From: a virus
Taxonomy: Duplodnaviria; Caudoviricetes
DNA length: 51,304 bases
Strand: one strand, 5' to 3'
IMG/VR virus record: IMGVR_UViG_3300028586_000030
Coordinates: 1 to 51,304 of that record
The notes beneath the pieces are model-generated. The model was not told the DNA's origin. It made no database searches and saw nothing but the letters and a program-made list of their open reading frames with translations. This document shows positions 1 to 9,204 of the stretch, piece by piece; position 1 is the first letter of the stretch, and the number at the start of each line of letters is the position of its first letter. A program made the translations under genes and the position numbers.

Positions 1-200
1 ATGCCAATTTCATACAATCGATGCTTGAATCTGGCGATATTTCGAATATTGCGGCTTTACCTGTTTTTATATGTAGCAAAGCGATAAGAAAATAATTAGG
101 GTAACACTCAACGTCAAGTATTACTTCATCGCCAACCATTGCCGCAAATTCGTGAGGCTGGATTTCGTTAATCGGCTTTAGTTCACGATGCGTGAAAGTT
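1..200. repeat. Terminal direct overlap, left copy (matches 51105-51304)
   Basis: Identical to 51105-51304 except position 74 (T) vs 51178 (G). Confidence 0.97.
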
Positions 201-253
201 AGGTTTTTAACCTCTTTCTTTTTAACAGGCGAAACGAAACCGAACGTAGACAT
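1..253 (-). CDS. 5' part of the family-B DNA polymerase (true start; continues across the junction into 49306-51304)
   Basis: ATG at 253-251 abuts the clamp stop (TAA-ATG). It reads MSTFGFVSPVKKKEV...HEFAA in frame into MVGDEVILDVE, adding 38 aa (about 683 aa total). Confidence 0.88.
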   Translation of the reverse strand, partial: MSTFGFVSPVKKKEVKNLTFTHRELKPINEIQPHEFAAMVGDEVILDVECYPNYFLIALLHIKTGKAAIFEISPDSSIDCMKLA

Positions 254-1294
254 TTAGTTAGCCCTCATGCCCATAAGCACGCCACGTATTGATTCGCCTG
301 CAAAATAAAGCTTGCAATTATATTGGTCGTGGACAACGGTCTGAGCAAACTTTTCAAACATCAAAATATAATTACCGTTGAATACCCCATCAGTAACGGG
401 GCTATCTTGATAATCGATGCTTGCAACATCGCTGTGAGCGTGACGACCTGCCCACACTTTACCGTCTTCGAAACAGACCGCCTCAGTCGATGCTTCGTCG
501 AGCGTAACTTTGCTGAACGGCATCATCGTTTTGATTGCTTCAAAGAATTCAGACTCAAGCTTTTTAGGCTCGTCCATAACTTTGCATTCGAACAGCTTAT
601 CGAAGTCCGGGCCTTTAACATCATACAGACAAGTACGCAGATAAGAATTGTCTTCAAACCAGAACGTAGCAGTTCCGTTAGACAAACCCAAGGCAACTAA
701 CGGTGAGTCATTCTTGCTTATCGCAACTGCGCTATCTTTCGGCATTGCGATGTTAGGCAGGGGGCTTACACCGTGCCATATCTGTATCGCAGCCTTGGCG
801 TCATGGATAGCCTCAACGGTGCCCGGACCCATGAACACGGCGCGGCACATGAGGTTACTGGCCGTTTCCAGCACTAGCCCAGCGGCCTGCCCCAGCGCCT
901 TTGCTAGTGCTGGCGATGCATCCCCCTGCCTGCCGTCCGGTTGCAGGTCAGCGAGCGTCGAGCCGTCCAGACAGGGCACAGGTACGCGGATTTTGCCTGA
1001 CTTGACGGTTAGCACGCTTCCCTCAAGCACGAATGTGATTTCACCCTGACAGCGTTCAAGCGCAGCCACGAGCGTTTTAGAGTGTGGGCAACATTCCACA
1101 GACAGGCCGGTAACAGGCACACCGTAAATGACGATATCGTTTGTTGCCACAACGTACCCGTTAAAGAATCGGCAGTGTGATTGCCGATCAGTAAGATTCG
1201 TTCCTTTCTGAATTGAGGTCACTTTCTGAACAGCCGCTAAAAGCGCTTTGTTCTCTTCGCTCATTTCTTTGTTTCGACCGCGCTTGACTGCCAT
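254..1294 (-). CDS. DNA sliding clamp (DNA pol III beta-like) protein
   Basis: 346 aa; beta-clamp-like ATND, PDF.KL and C-terminal GVLMGMR motifs; directly upstream of the polymerase. Confidence 0.7.
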   Translation of the reverse strand: MAVKRGRNKEMSEENKALLAAVQKVTSIQKGTNLTDRQSHCRFFNGYVVATNDIVIYGVPVTGLSVECCPHSKTLVAALERCQGEITFVLEGSVLTVKSGKIRVPVPCLDGSTLADLQPDGRQGDASPALAKALGQAAGLVLETASNLMCRAVFMGPGTVEAIHDAKAAIQIWHGVSPLPNIAMPKDSAVAISKNDSPLVALGLSNGTATFWFEDNSYLRTCLYDVKGPDFDKLFECKVMDEPKKLESEFFEAIKTMMPFSKVTLDEASTEAVCFEDGKVWAGRHAHSDVASIDYQDSPVTDGVFNGNYILMFEKFAQTVVHDQYNCKLYFAGESIRGVLMGMRAN

Positions 1295-1306
1295 TTAGCA
1301 AGCCTC

Positions 1307-1549
1307 TTAAAAAGGAATATCGTCTAAGTTTAAAGGATGATCGAAATCAGGACAAGACCACACAATAATCTTTAAAGGAGGGGTCATGTTATACTTAATG
1401 CATTTTGTTTCTGGATCACTCCAATGGTGACAACTGAGGCAAGACTTATGCCCGCCTTCGTGTCTAGCTAAAGCCGCTTCGGCTCGCAAACGAATGTTGT
1501 CAAGCTCATACCTTTTAAGCTTGTACTCTAACGCGCTTTTAGAATTCAT
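1307..1549 (-). CDS. Small 4-Cys protein ending in SSB-like DDIPF tail
   Basis: CLSC...C...C pattern, C-terminus LNLDDIPF; overlaps the helicase stop. Confidence 0.8.
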   Translation of the reverse strand: MNSKSALEYKLKRYELDNIRLRAEAALARHEGGHKSCLSCHHWSDPETKCIKYNMTPPLKIIVWSCPDFDHPLNLDDIPF

Positions 1550-3236
1550 GACGTACTACCTTCGGATATTTTGCACCGGGGGAAACTTCAACGGTTATCG
1601 TATGTGGACGTTTGAGCTTGTACGCAATACGTAAAGCGTCATCAACCTTTGACGGGATAAGGCTTCCGGGTTCTGAGCGGGTTAACCACCAGCCATGAGC
1701 GTGACGCGCCGCAGCGGTAGTATGTTCTAAGCAAACAATCTCAGTGTACTTTTTAGAACCGCAATGATAAACAACTTGAAGAATATTTATACCGCCTGAC
1801 GATAGTTTGGCGTATGTAATGTTTCCAACCTTGGCTGAATATAGCACAGGTTCCGAATTGGATAAGATGGCCTCGCCCGAACTTTGTCCGGTGTATTTTG
1901 TTTCGAACTTGAATTCGTGGTCGCACATATAGCAAAAGCGACTAGAAGCATAGTTGTAAGCTTTGCAGTACGTGACAGGGCATATTTTAACTGGGGCATC
2001 GCCACCTTCACCTTTTGACCGTTTTTTAAATAGAGGTGCATCAATTGGACCTAGCCGGGAAGTATTATCCGCAAAGTCCATAACGATACATTCAGTTTTT
2101 GTAAATTCAAAACCGGGGATGTACAAACGTTCATCCATCCAGTCGTAAACACGAAGACCCCGGCCAAGGATTTGAACCCATAGCGGGATAGAACAAGTGT
2201 GTCTGATAACACCGATGATATCGATAGGCGGATGGTCAAAGCCTGTAGTCAAAACACCGTTGTTAACCATCCAGCGGTATTTGCCTTGACGATAATCGCG
2301 TAAACGTTCATCGCGAACAGAATCTTTCATTTTAGAGTGAATTACAGTTGCCGTTTCACCCTGTAGTTGAAGCTCTTCACAAATATGTTCGGCGTGTTCA
2401 ATACCGTTGCCAAAAACTAGTCCGCAATGGCGGTTTCTAAGGTTAGCGACTTTTATAAGTTCGGCAACAGCCGCAACAGTCTTTTCGTGCTTGTCCGTGG
2501 CTTTCTGTAACTGCTGTTGATTAAAGTCACCTTTCGACATTCCAACATCTGAAATATCGTATTTGGTTTCAGTACCAACAGGAATAAGCGGGCACAGCCA
2601 CCGCTTTGCGATAAACTCTAAAAAATCTTCCGGTTTAGTGCGGTCGTAAATAATCTCACTAAACAAACTAATCGCTTTTTTAGTGATCGGGTCATGTTGA
2701 ATAAGCGTTCCGTAATTGTCGTACGCAGTCGCAGTTAGGCCGATGATTCTAAGAAGTTCATTTATTTCACGCAGACGAATGATTATACGGTTATAAACCG
2801 CATTCTCTTTTTCAGGGATGGTATGTGCTTCATCGACCAGCATTAAATCCCGATGGCCGATTTCTTCTAGCATGCTAACCAGACTGCCGGGGGTGCCAAT
2901 AACTATCGGGTGCATTGTGTCGCGTTGATTTAATCCGTCGCAGTTAATGCCGATAGGCACATTCGGCAAAAGGCTGCGCATTTTTTCAACGTTCTGTTTA
3001 ACCAAATCTTTACTAGGAACAACGATAAGAAACCGCATATTAGCAAGCGGGTAACGTTCAAAACACTTTACCAAAAACAAAGGTATTACAACGCTTTTAC
3101 CCGATGCAGTCGGCAGGGCAATAAGCGGATTGCCTTCGGCATTGTTGGCAAAAAATTCAAATGGCGCTTCCGCCGCTTCGTCCTGATAATAACGAGCGAC
3201 GTACTGGGCGATAGGGGTTTGAACCATTTGATTCAT
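1539..3236 (-). CDS. SF2 (DEAD/DEAH-box) DNA helicase with C-terminal Zn-finger region
   Basis: PTASGKS, DEAH, TAT, LTTGFD, QILGRGLR motifs; CPVTYC..CYMC. Confidence 0.95.
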   Translation of the reverse strand: MNQMVQTPIAQYVARYYQDEAAEAPFEFFANNAEGNPLIALPTASGKSVVIPLFLVKCFERYPLANMRFLIVVPSKDLVKQNVEKMRSLLPNVPIGINCDGLNQRDTMHPIVIGTPGSLVSMLEEIGHRDLMLVDEAHTIPEKENAVYNRIIIRLREINELLRIIGLTATAYDNYGTLIQHDPITKKAISLFSEIIYDRTKPEDFLEFIAKRWLCPLIPVGTETKYDISDVGMSKGDFNQQQLQKATDKHEKTVAAVAELIKVANLRNRHCGLVFGNGIEHAEHICEELQLQGETATVIHSKMKDSVRDERLRDYRQGKYRWMVNNGVLTTGFDHPPIDIIGVIRHTCSIPLWVQILGRGLRVYDWMDERLYIPGFEFTKTECIVMDFADNTSRLGPIDAPLFKKRSKGEGGDAPVKICPVTYCKAYNYASSRFCYMCDHEFKFETKYTGQSSGEAILSNSEPVLYSAKVGNITYAKLSSGGINILQVVYHCGSKKYTEIVCLEHTTAAARHAHGWWLTRSEPGSLIPSKVDDALRIAYKLKRPHTITVEVSPGAKYPKVVRHEF

Positions 3237-4150
3237 AGAACGGCCTTGTATTCATCGCAGCCGATAGGCACATACTCTCGCGGGATATCGTGACCGTACT
3301 TAGTGCAACGCCATTCAGCCCCGGCTATCGGAGTCGAATAAACACAGCTTCGACAGTTCTTATCAATCTTTTCGCCAAGGTGGCAAATCCCATGAAATGA
3401 GCACAGTCGGCATTCAAAATAAGTTTCTTTAGCCTTAGCCATCATTGCCGGAACAAAATCAGTGGCGATAATGTTTTCAGCACGACGTAAACCGGCTTCT
3501 GCTTTTTCAATAGAAAGCTTTGTTACTTCAACGTAAAGACTATCGTCGTTTTTATTGCAGCAAACATAAACGCCGTTTCCGATCTTGCGACCGTATCCGT
3601 AAATACTTTGCTGAATGAAATGCTCATCTTTGTTCTTTTCAATTCCAAGCCCGTCTTTATTTAAATTGTTAAACTTTGAGCCTGTACCTGACGTTTTATA
3701 TTCAGGAACAAAATCACCGGGCTGACTGTAAGAGTGTGGGAACTGAATAATACCGTCTGACGATCCGCCGAAGTGACCATGATGAAAGCTAACTTTCCAT
3801 TGCTTGCCGGTTTGAGGGTCAACTTCTTGAACATTAAACCCTATTCCGCGCAGCAAATAGTTCATCTGCGCTTCTTCATCTTTTCCGCGCTGAAACAAAC
3901 GAAGCGTACGACCGTCGGCAGTATTCTTTTTAAACCAACGAAAAGTTCCATATAAGAAACGGTCACAAGGCCGACCGATTATTGATGCGCCCAAGTGCCA
4001 ACGGTAATTGTCAGCGTAAGTAACTTTCGACCATTCTTCGATATCGGTTTGAATTTTGTTTGCAAGAAAAATTCGACGTTCAGGCGAGATTTCACCATCG
4101 TCGATAACAGGGGTTTCAAGTATTGAGTTGTTGGAGAAAATATCGCTCAT
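3233..4150 (-). CDS. Cas4-like PD-(D/E)XK exonuclease
   Basis: LGASIIGRPCDR, GSSDG, EYKT, Q..Y, ECRLC..C motifs; probable start MSDIF at 4150 (the ORF-track extension shadows the SSB repeats). Confidence 0.85.
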   Translation of the reverse strand: MSDIFSNNSILETPVIDDGEISPERRIFLANKIQTDIEEWSKVTYADNYRWHLGASIIGRPCDRFLYGTFRWFKKNTADGRTLRLFQRGKDEEAQMNYLLRGIGFNVQEVDPQTGKQWKVSFHHGHFGGSSDGIIQFPHSYSQPGDFVPEYKTSGTGSKFNNLNKDGLGIEKNKDEHFIQQSIYGYGRKIGNGVYVCCNKNDDSLYVEVTKLSIEKAEAGLRRAENIIATDFVPAMMAKAKETYFECRLCSFHGICHLGEKIDKNCRSCVYSTPIAGAEWRCTKYGHDIPREYVPIGCDEYKAVL

Positions 4151-4214
4151 GCTAACCCCGGCAAAGATAAGAAAAAATAACGGGCCGAAGCCCGTTATGT
4201 GAAGCGGTGTAAAT

Positions 4215-4988
4215 TTACTTTTGCATCCAAGGCGGAGTAGTACCGCCGCCATTCTGCTGGCCGTTGTTCTGTTGCTGACCGCCGCCCGTATTGTTCCAGT
4301 TACCGGCGTTTTGCTGGCCGTTGTTCTGTTGCTGGTTTTGGTCGGCCTGTTGCTGGTTACCTTGCTGGTTGCCTTGCTGACCGTTGTTCCAGTTCCCTTG
4401 CTGGCCGTTGTTGTTTTGTTGCTGGCCTTGATCGGTAGCTTGACCGTTGTTCTGTTGACCGCCGCCGTTGTTGTTCCATGCAACTTGCCCGTTTCCTTGC
4501 TGTTGGCCGTTGTTCTGTTGCTGGTTGTTCTGTTGAGTTTGACCGGTAGCGCCTTGGCGTGTCGGACGATTGCCGTTCACGTCATACACTGCGCTGATTT
4601 CGGTATAGCCTTTACCTTCGTTCTGTTCCGTCGCTTTTTGCGGAGTAACGTCGATGAGAAAAGGTTTGTTGTAAAGCTCGCGAGTGTCCTGCCAGTGCGG
4701 AGTTTGGCAAGCAATCGACAGCGCCGAAAGTTGACGATAAGCGATTTCAACCGCTCTTTCGCTTTGGTTGTAGATGTTCAGGCGATAAACGCCTTTCGCA
4801 CCTTTGTTCGCCCCGTCAATGATTTCGACTTCAAACGCGATAAAACCGTTACTCGCATTGCCTTTTGCGCCGACAACTTCATCAGATACGAGGCGGGCTG
4901 GTTGTTTCAGACCCAGCGGCAATTGGGGAACGCCCAATTCCGGGTCATAGTTCATCGCGTTGAATGGGCCAGTCATCAATTGTGTCAT
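4215..4988 (-). CDS. ssDNA-binding/annealing protein (DUF669-like) with Q/N/G-rich tail
   Basis: RLNIYN..AVEIA.RQLS core, low-complexity tail ending PPW; SD AAAGGA precedes MTQL; lies between AAA ATPase and exonuclease. Confidence 0.75.
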   Translation of the reverse strand: MTQLMTGPFNAMNYDPELGVPQLPLGLKQPARLVSDEVVGAKGNASNGFIAFEVEIIDGANKGAKGVYRLNIYNQSERAVEIAYRQLSALSIACQTPHWQDTRELYNKPFLIDVTPQKATEQNEGKGYTEISAVYDVNGNRPTRQGATGQTQQNNQQQNNGQQQGNGQVAWNNNGGGQQNNGQATDQGQQQNNNGQQGNWNNGQQGNQQGNQQQADQNQQQNNGQQNAGNWNNTGGGQQQNNGQQNGGGTTPPWMQK

Positions 4989-5001
4989 TTTCTGCGTTCC
5001 T

Positions 5002-5697
5002 TTAGGACATACACTTGTTAAAGATAGTTGTGAGGTTTGGTTCTTCAAACTCATTCAACCGGCCCGAACGGTCGCGGGCCATAATGTCGAATGTTTCCAT
5101 TGTGCGAATTGCTTTTACTTCGTGCATCACTCCGGGAATGGTGCCTGCCGGTAGTTTTGCATAGTGCAAGATTTCATCGAAGAAATGCGGCACTTTTGTA
5201 TCAAGGTCTTGCCCCGGAAAGCTCGGGCGTTTACGACCGGATTCTTTATCGACAAACTGTTTCGCAATTAAGCAAATATGCTTGTTTCGAGTGTAATAGA
5301 GTTTCGTAAGAATGTCCATTACATCGAAAGACATATCGCCGTATGCTTTTAGTTTGTTCGTGTTCGTTTTAAACTTAGCACGAAGAATAGCTTCGGCCAT
5401 TTCGCTAACGCTGTCAAGCGCAAGTGTATCAAACTTGTTAGCTTCGGCGCTACCATGAAACCATGTAAAGAATTCAGCAACGCCCGCCGCAACACCGTCT
5501 TTATGCTCATATGCAGTCCAAGTAGGAACACTCGAATTCCGCATAGAAAGCAAACCCGGCTCAATCGCCAACAACACAGGCGAAGGTGCGGTATTAACCA
5601 ACGGAGTTTTACCTGCCCCCGGCCCGCCGTACAACACAGCTTTAACGCCGAACTTCTGCGCACACTGACCGGCGGGGCGAAGTTGCGAAGCGTTCAT
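5002..5697 (-). CDS. AAA ATPase (Sak4/AAA_24-like recombination protein)
   Basis: YGGPGAGKT Walker A, LDSVSE Walker B, ARDRSG. Confidence 0.88.
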   Translation of the reverse strand: MNASQLRPAGQCAQKFGVKAVLYGGPGAGKTPLVNTAPSPVLLAIEPGLLSMRNSSVPTWTAYEHKDGVAAGVAEFFTWFHGSAEANKFDTLALDSVSEMAEAILRAKFKTNTNKLKAYGDMSFDVMDILTKLYYTRNKHICLIAKQFVDKESGRKRPSFPGQDLDTKVPHFFDEILHYAKLPAGTIPGVMHEVKAIRTMETFDIMARDRSGRLNEFEEPNLTTIFNKCMS

Positions 5698-5903
5698 TAG
5701 GCCGCACCGGCTTGAAACAACGCAATGCGCTCTGCAAGAATACCGACGTATTCATTCATGCACGATGCCTGCGTTACCAAAAGTTCAGTTTCCTTATCGC
5801 CCAATTTTAACCGAGCGGGCGATGAAAGAAAGTCGTTAAGTTTAGAAAGCTTTTCTTCAAGCTCTTTTTTCTCTTCAATAACGCGCAGTTCATGCGGAGC
5901 CAT
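5697..5903 (-). CDS. Small coiled-coil phage protein (crAss001_48-like)
   Basis: RVIEEKKEL.EKL.KL..F ... LL..Q...M..Y..IL.ERI..F pattern. Confidence 0.75.
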   Translation of the reverse strand: MAPHELRVIEEKKELEEKLSKLNDFLSSPARLKLGDKETELLVTQASCMNEYVGILAERIALFQAGAA

Positions 5904-5918
5904 TTTACACCTCGTTTG

Positions 5919-6464
5919 TTACTTGCTACCTTTCGGTGCTTTGATTTCCAGAGTCGGCGCAGCGGAAGTAACAACAATCACTTTATCAATGATTGCTTTC
6001 GCGCTTGCCGGGATTTGTTTGTACTCGGTCAACGACAGCGAAGGCGTCCAGCTAATCAAACGTTCAGCGAAGATGGCACCACCATCGATAGTGTTTTCGA
6101 TTTCATCCAACGCTTTATCGATGGCGCGTTTGTCAATCTTGCCTTCTGCGCTTTTGATGAAGCCGTAGTTTTCTTTCTTCACAGCCTTGGCTTGATAGCC
6201 GTTGCCCAGTTCGATATTTTCCGTACCGCTGGTTTTGGTTTCATCCGACGCGAAATCAACGAACGCTTTCCGAAGCGTCATTTCGTCTTCTTTGGCGGTT
6301 TCGAGCTTCTTCTTCGACTCGTCCCACAGGACCAGCAAGCGGTCGCGAACGGTAATGAAGTCATCCGGCGTCAAACCTTCCTTTTTCACAGCAAGAATGG
6401 TTTGAATCGGCGCAGTCGCGTAATTGATGGCTTGAGTCCAACCAGTGTTTACGGGGGTGTTCAT
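5919..6464 (-). CDS. Conserved replication-module hypothetical protein
   Basis: SD GAGGT, GTENIELGNG motif, first gene of the operon. Confidence 0.8.
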   Translation of the reverse strand: MNTPVNTGWTQAINYATAPIQTILAVKKEGLTPDDFITVRDRLLVLWDESKKKLETAKEDEMTLRKAFVDFASDETKTSGTENIELGNGYQAKAVKKENYGFIKSAEGKIDKRAIDKALDEIENTIDGGAIFAERLISWTPSLSLTEYKQIPASAKAIIDKVIVVTSAAPTLEIKAPKGSK

Positions 6465-6502
6465 TGGTATTACCTCGGATCGATTGCTTGGAATGTGTGG
6501 GC

Positions 6503-6531
6503 ATCCTAGAGCAACAAATCTGCCTTGTCAA
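6503..6531 (-). promoter_or_regulatory. sigma70 promoter for the replication operon
   Basis: TTGACA-17-TAGGAT on the minus strand; TGTGGGCA site at 6496-6503 abuts the -10. Confidence 0.75.
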
Positions 6532-6599
6532 CAGGATGCTGCACTTTACGTCTAGGATTTTTACGTGTATCGTCGGCCCATATTTTGGAGACGCTGACC

Positions 6600-6821
6600 A
6601 TGCAGAACCCACCAACTACCATCACTGCCCACACTGTAGCCCTGCTTAAGACGCGCCCTGTGACGCTCGACCTCGACACGATTGCCGGGGAATGCAAGGT
6701 TAGCAAATCTTGGCTCAACCTCCTAATTGCGGGCAAATACAAAGAGCCCGGAGCCGACAAAATTCAGAGGCTTTATGAGTTTCTATCAAAGAAACCGCTG
6801 CTTAATAAAGAACCCATTTAA
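6600..6821 (+). CDS. HTH (Cro/XRE-like) DNA-binding protein
   Basis: IAGECKVSKSWLNLLIAGKYKEPGADKIQRL; SD GGAG before ATG 6600. Confidence 0.8.
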   Translation: MQNPPTTITAHTVALLKTRPVTLDLDTIAGECKVSKSWLNLLIAGKYKEPGADKIQRLYEFLSKKPLLNKEPI

Positions 6822-6830
6822 GGGGCTAAG

Positions 6831-9191
6831 ATGTTGCGTAATGTCCCTGATGAACTACGCGCTTATAATAGCTTCGTGCTTTGGCGCTTAGAAGAGCAAC
6901 AGAACGGCAAACCTACTAAGGTTCCGTACTCGGTTAAAGGCCATCCCGCGTCTGTGAATTCGCCGTCGCATTGGTGCGACTTTGAGAGCGCGGTTAACAT
7001 GCTCAATTCACACCCGGATTATTTCGCGGGTATTGGGTTTGTGTTGTCTGAAAATGACCCGTTCACCTTTATCGATTTGGACGATCCGTTTGACCCGTCC
7101 AAGAATTACAGCCAAGAAGAAGCGCAAAAGATTGCGGATAGGCATTCGCTCATTCACGATTTGTTTGATTCTTACTCTGAGGTTTCGCCTTCGGGTAGAG
7201 GCTTGCACATTCTTTGCAAAGGCTCAGTTTCTCAAGGTCGTAAGCGTGCGCAGGTTGAGCTTTATTCAACGCAACGTTTCATGACGGTTACGGGCAACGT
7301 TTGCAAGAATCTGCAAATTGCCGAAAGACAAGAATTAATAACCGAACTTTGGTCGGAAATGAGTCGTGGCGCGGAAGTGTATACCGAATTGCCAGACCAG
7401 CCGCAGAAAGAAACAGACGACGATATCTGCCGTACAGCTTACAACGCCACTAACGGCGCTAAGTTTTACGACCTTTACACCGGCAATTGGCAGGTTTATT
7501 ACAGTTCTCAATCAGAAGCTGACTTTGGCCTAATCGACATTCTAGGCTTCTACACAAAGAACCGTTCTCAGATTACGCGCATCTTTCGTATGTCGGCCTT
7601 GGGTCAACGCGATAAAGCTTGGCGTAATGATTACGTAGATCACATGATCAACCGAAGCTTCGATAAAGACCCTACTCCGATTGATATGGAAGGGCTAAAG
7701 ATTCAAGTTGAAAGTGCATTAGCCGCTAGGCGTTCGGCCCAAGAACAAGTAGAGCAAGCTAAAGCCGAAGCGGTAAATCATCCGCCTGTAACTGAACAAG
7801 TGCGCAGCAAAAGCTATGTTAGCCAAGGCAGAACGTATACGTCGCCTCCCGGTGTCATCGGAATGATGGCCGACTTCATCTTTGAAGCCGCTAACCGCCC
7901 AGTATTCGAAATCGCTTTAGCCGGTGCAATCGGCTTAATGTCTGGCATCTGCGGACGAGCGTATAACGTCAGCGGAACCGGGCTGAATCAATACACATTG
8001 CTTATCGCCGCGACCGGCATCGGTAAAGAAGCAATGCGTAAAGGTATCGACAAGATAATTAACGCAGTTACTCCGCTGTCGCCTAACGCGAAGTCGTTTA
8101 TCGGTCCTCGCGAGATTGCATCACAGCAAGCCTTATCTAAACATTTTCATCGGCACTCTAAATCATTCGTCGCAATGCCGGGAGAAATTGGGCTTTGGCT
8201 ACAAGGAATCTGTCACCCGAATGCTGACCCGGCCAAAGCTGGCTTGAAGAAAATGTTGCTTGAGCTTTACAACATTTCAGGGCAAGGCGATGTATTTAAA
8301 GCTACGATTAACAGTAGCAAAGACGATTCTATCGACGCCACGGTAGCCCCGGCGTTTTCATTGCTGGGCGAATCTACACCGGAAGAGTTCTATAAGATTC
8401 TCGATGAAGCAATGATTAGCTCTGGTCTTTTGCCTCGATTTAACATTATTGAATACAAAGGATTGCGACCGCGTGAAAATGAAAATGCGATGTATGCGGT
8501 TCCATCTGACGGGTTGCTAAAAGGCGTTGCTGCGATATGTACCAACGCCTTAGCCCTGAATGAAACAAATCAGGTTATCAACGTTAAGTACAGCGAAGAC
8601 GGCCAAAACCTGTTAATGCAATGGCGTGACTTTTGCGACAAAGAGATTAACCACGCTATTGAGTCGGGTAAAGGCGGGGCGAGAACGCACCTCTGGAACC
8701 GGGGTCACATTAAAGTTTTGAAGCTGGCAGCATTGGTAGCTGTCGGCGTTGATCCGTATCACCCGATCATCGACGAAGAAACTGCCCGTTGGGCCATATC
8801 GATGACGTACGAAGATATCAAAGATTTGCTTCAACGTTTCGACGCTGGTGAAATCGGCCACGAAGGTTCGGAAAGCCGACAAATGCTTGACATTGCAGGT
8901 TGCTTTAGAGACTTTCTTACATCGCCTTATTCTGAAATCAAGGCGTACGGCGTCCCTGAGCCTCTATATGTTGAACGGATCGTTCCTTACAACTATTTGT
9001 ACAAGCGTCTTTCGCAAAAAGCCTCATACAAAACGGACAGGTCGGGTCGGCCAGTTGATGCAATAAAGAAAACAATTCAAACCCTAATGGACAGGGGCGA
9101 CATTCGCGAAGTTCCTAGAAACGAGTTGTCCAAACTCGGGACAAGCGCCCGAGCATTCATGATATCTAACCCATCGGCCTTTGGCCTTTAA
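6831..9191 (+). CDS. Primase-polymerase/helicase (NrS-1-like AEP N-terminus, DUF3987-like helicase domain)
   Basis: KPTKVP, FIDLDD, SEVSPSGRGLH, ELYS..RFMTVTG, SQSEADF, ATGIGKE, GLLPRF. Confidence 0.9.
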   Translation: MLRNVPDELRAYNSFVLWRLEEQQNGKPTKVPYSVKGHPASVNSPSHWCDFESAVNMLNSHPDYFAGIGFVLSENDPFTFIDLDDPFDPSKNYSQEEAQKIADRHSLIHDLFDSYSEVSPSGRGLHILCKGSVSQGRKRAQVELYSTQRFMTVTGNVCKNLQIAERQELITELWSEMSRGAEVYTELPDQPQKETDDDICRTAYNATNGAKFYDLYTGNWQVYYSSQSEADFGLIDILGFYTKNRSQITRIFRMSALGQRDKAWRNDYVDHMINRSFDKDPTPIDMEGLKIQVESALAARRSAQEQVEQAKAEAVNHPPVTEQVRSKSYVSQGRTYTSPPGVIGMMADFIFEAANRPVFEIALAGAIGLMSGICGRAYNVSGTGLNQYTLLIAATGIGKEAMRKGIDKIINAVTPLSPNAKSFIGPREIASQQALSKHFHRHSKSFVAMPGEIGLWLQGICHPNADPAKAGLKKMLLELYNISGQGDVFKATINSSKDDSIDATVAPAFSLLGESTPEEFYKILDEAMISSGLLPRFNIIEYKGLRPRENENAMYAVPSDGLLKGVAAICTNALALNETNQVINVKYSEDGQNLLMQWRDFCDKEINHAIESGKGGARTHLWNRGHIKVLKLAALVAVGVDPYHPIIDEETARWAISMTYEDIKDLLQRFDAGEIGHEGSESRQMLDIAGCFRDFLTSPYSEIKAYGVPEPLYVERIVPYNYLYKRLSQKASYKTDRSGRPVDAIKKTIQTLMDRGDIREVPRNELSKLGTSARAFMISNPSAFGL

Positions 9192-9204
9192 AGGAATACT
9201 GAAA

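Noticed and set aside
1083-1091. TGTGGGCA(A) as DnaA box, Chi or KOPS
   Set aside because: Two mismatches to TGTGGATAA at conserved positions; does not match GCTGGTGG or GGGNAGGG
3233-4150. Cas4-like gene as evidence of a CRISPR system
   Set aside because: No array or other cas genes; it sits in a standard phage recombination module
4221-5021. 266-aa plus-strand ORF and the 4151-4483 extension of the exonuclease ORF
   Set aside because: Shadows of the stop-free Q/N/G repeats of the SSB gene
6600-6821. HTH gene as a lysogeny repressor
   Set aside because: No integrase, partition genes or CI-type peptidase domain recognised
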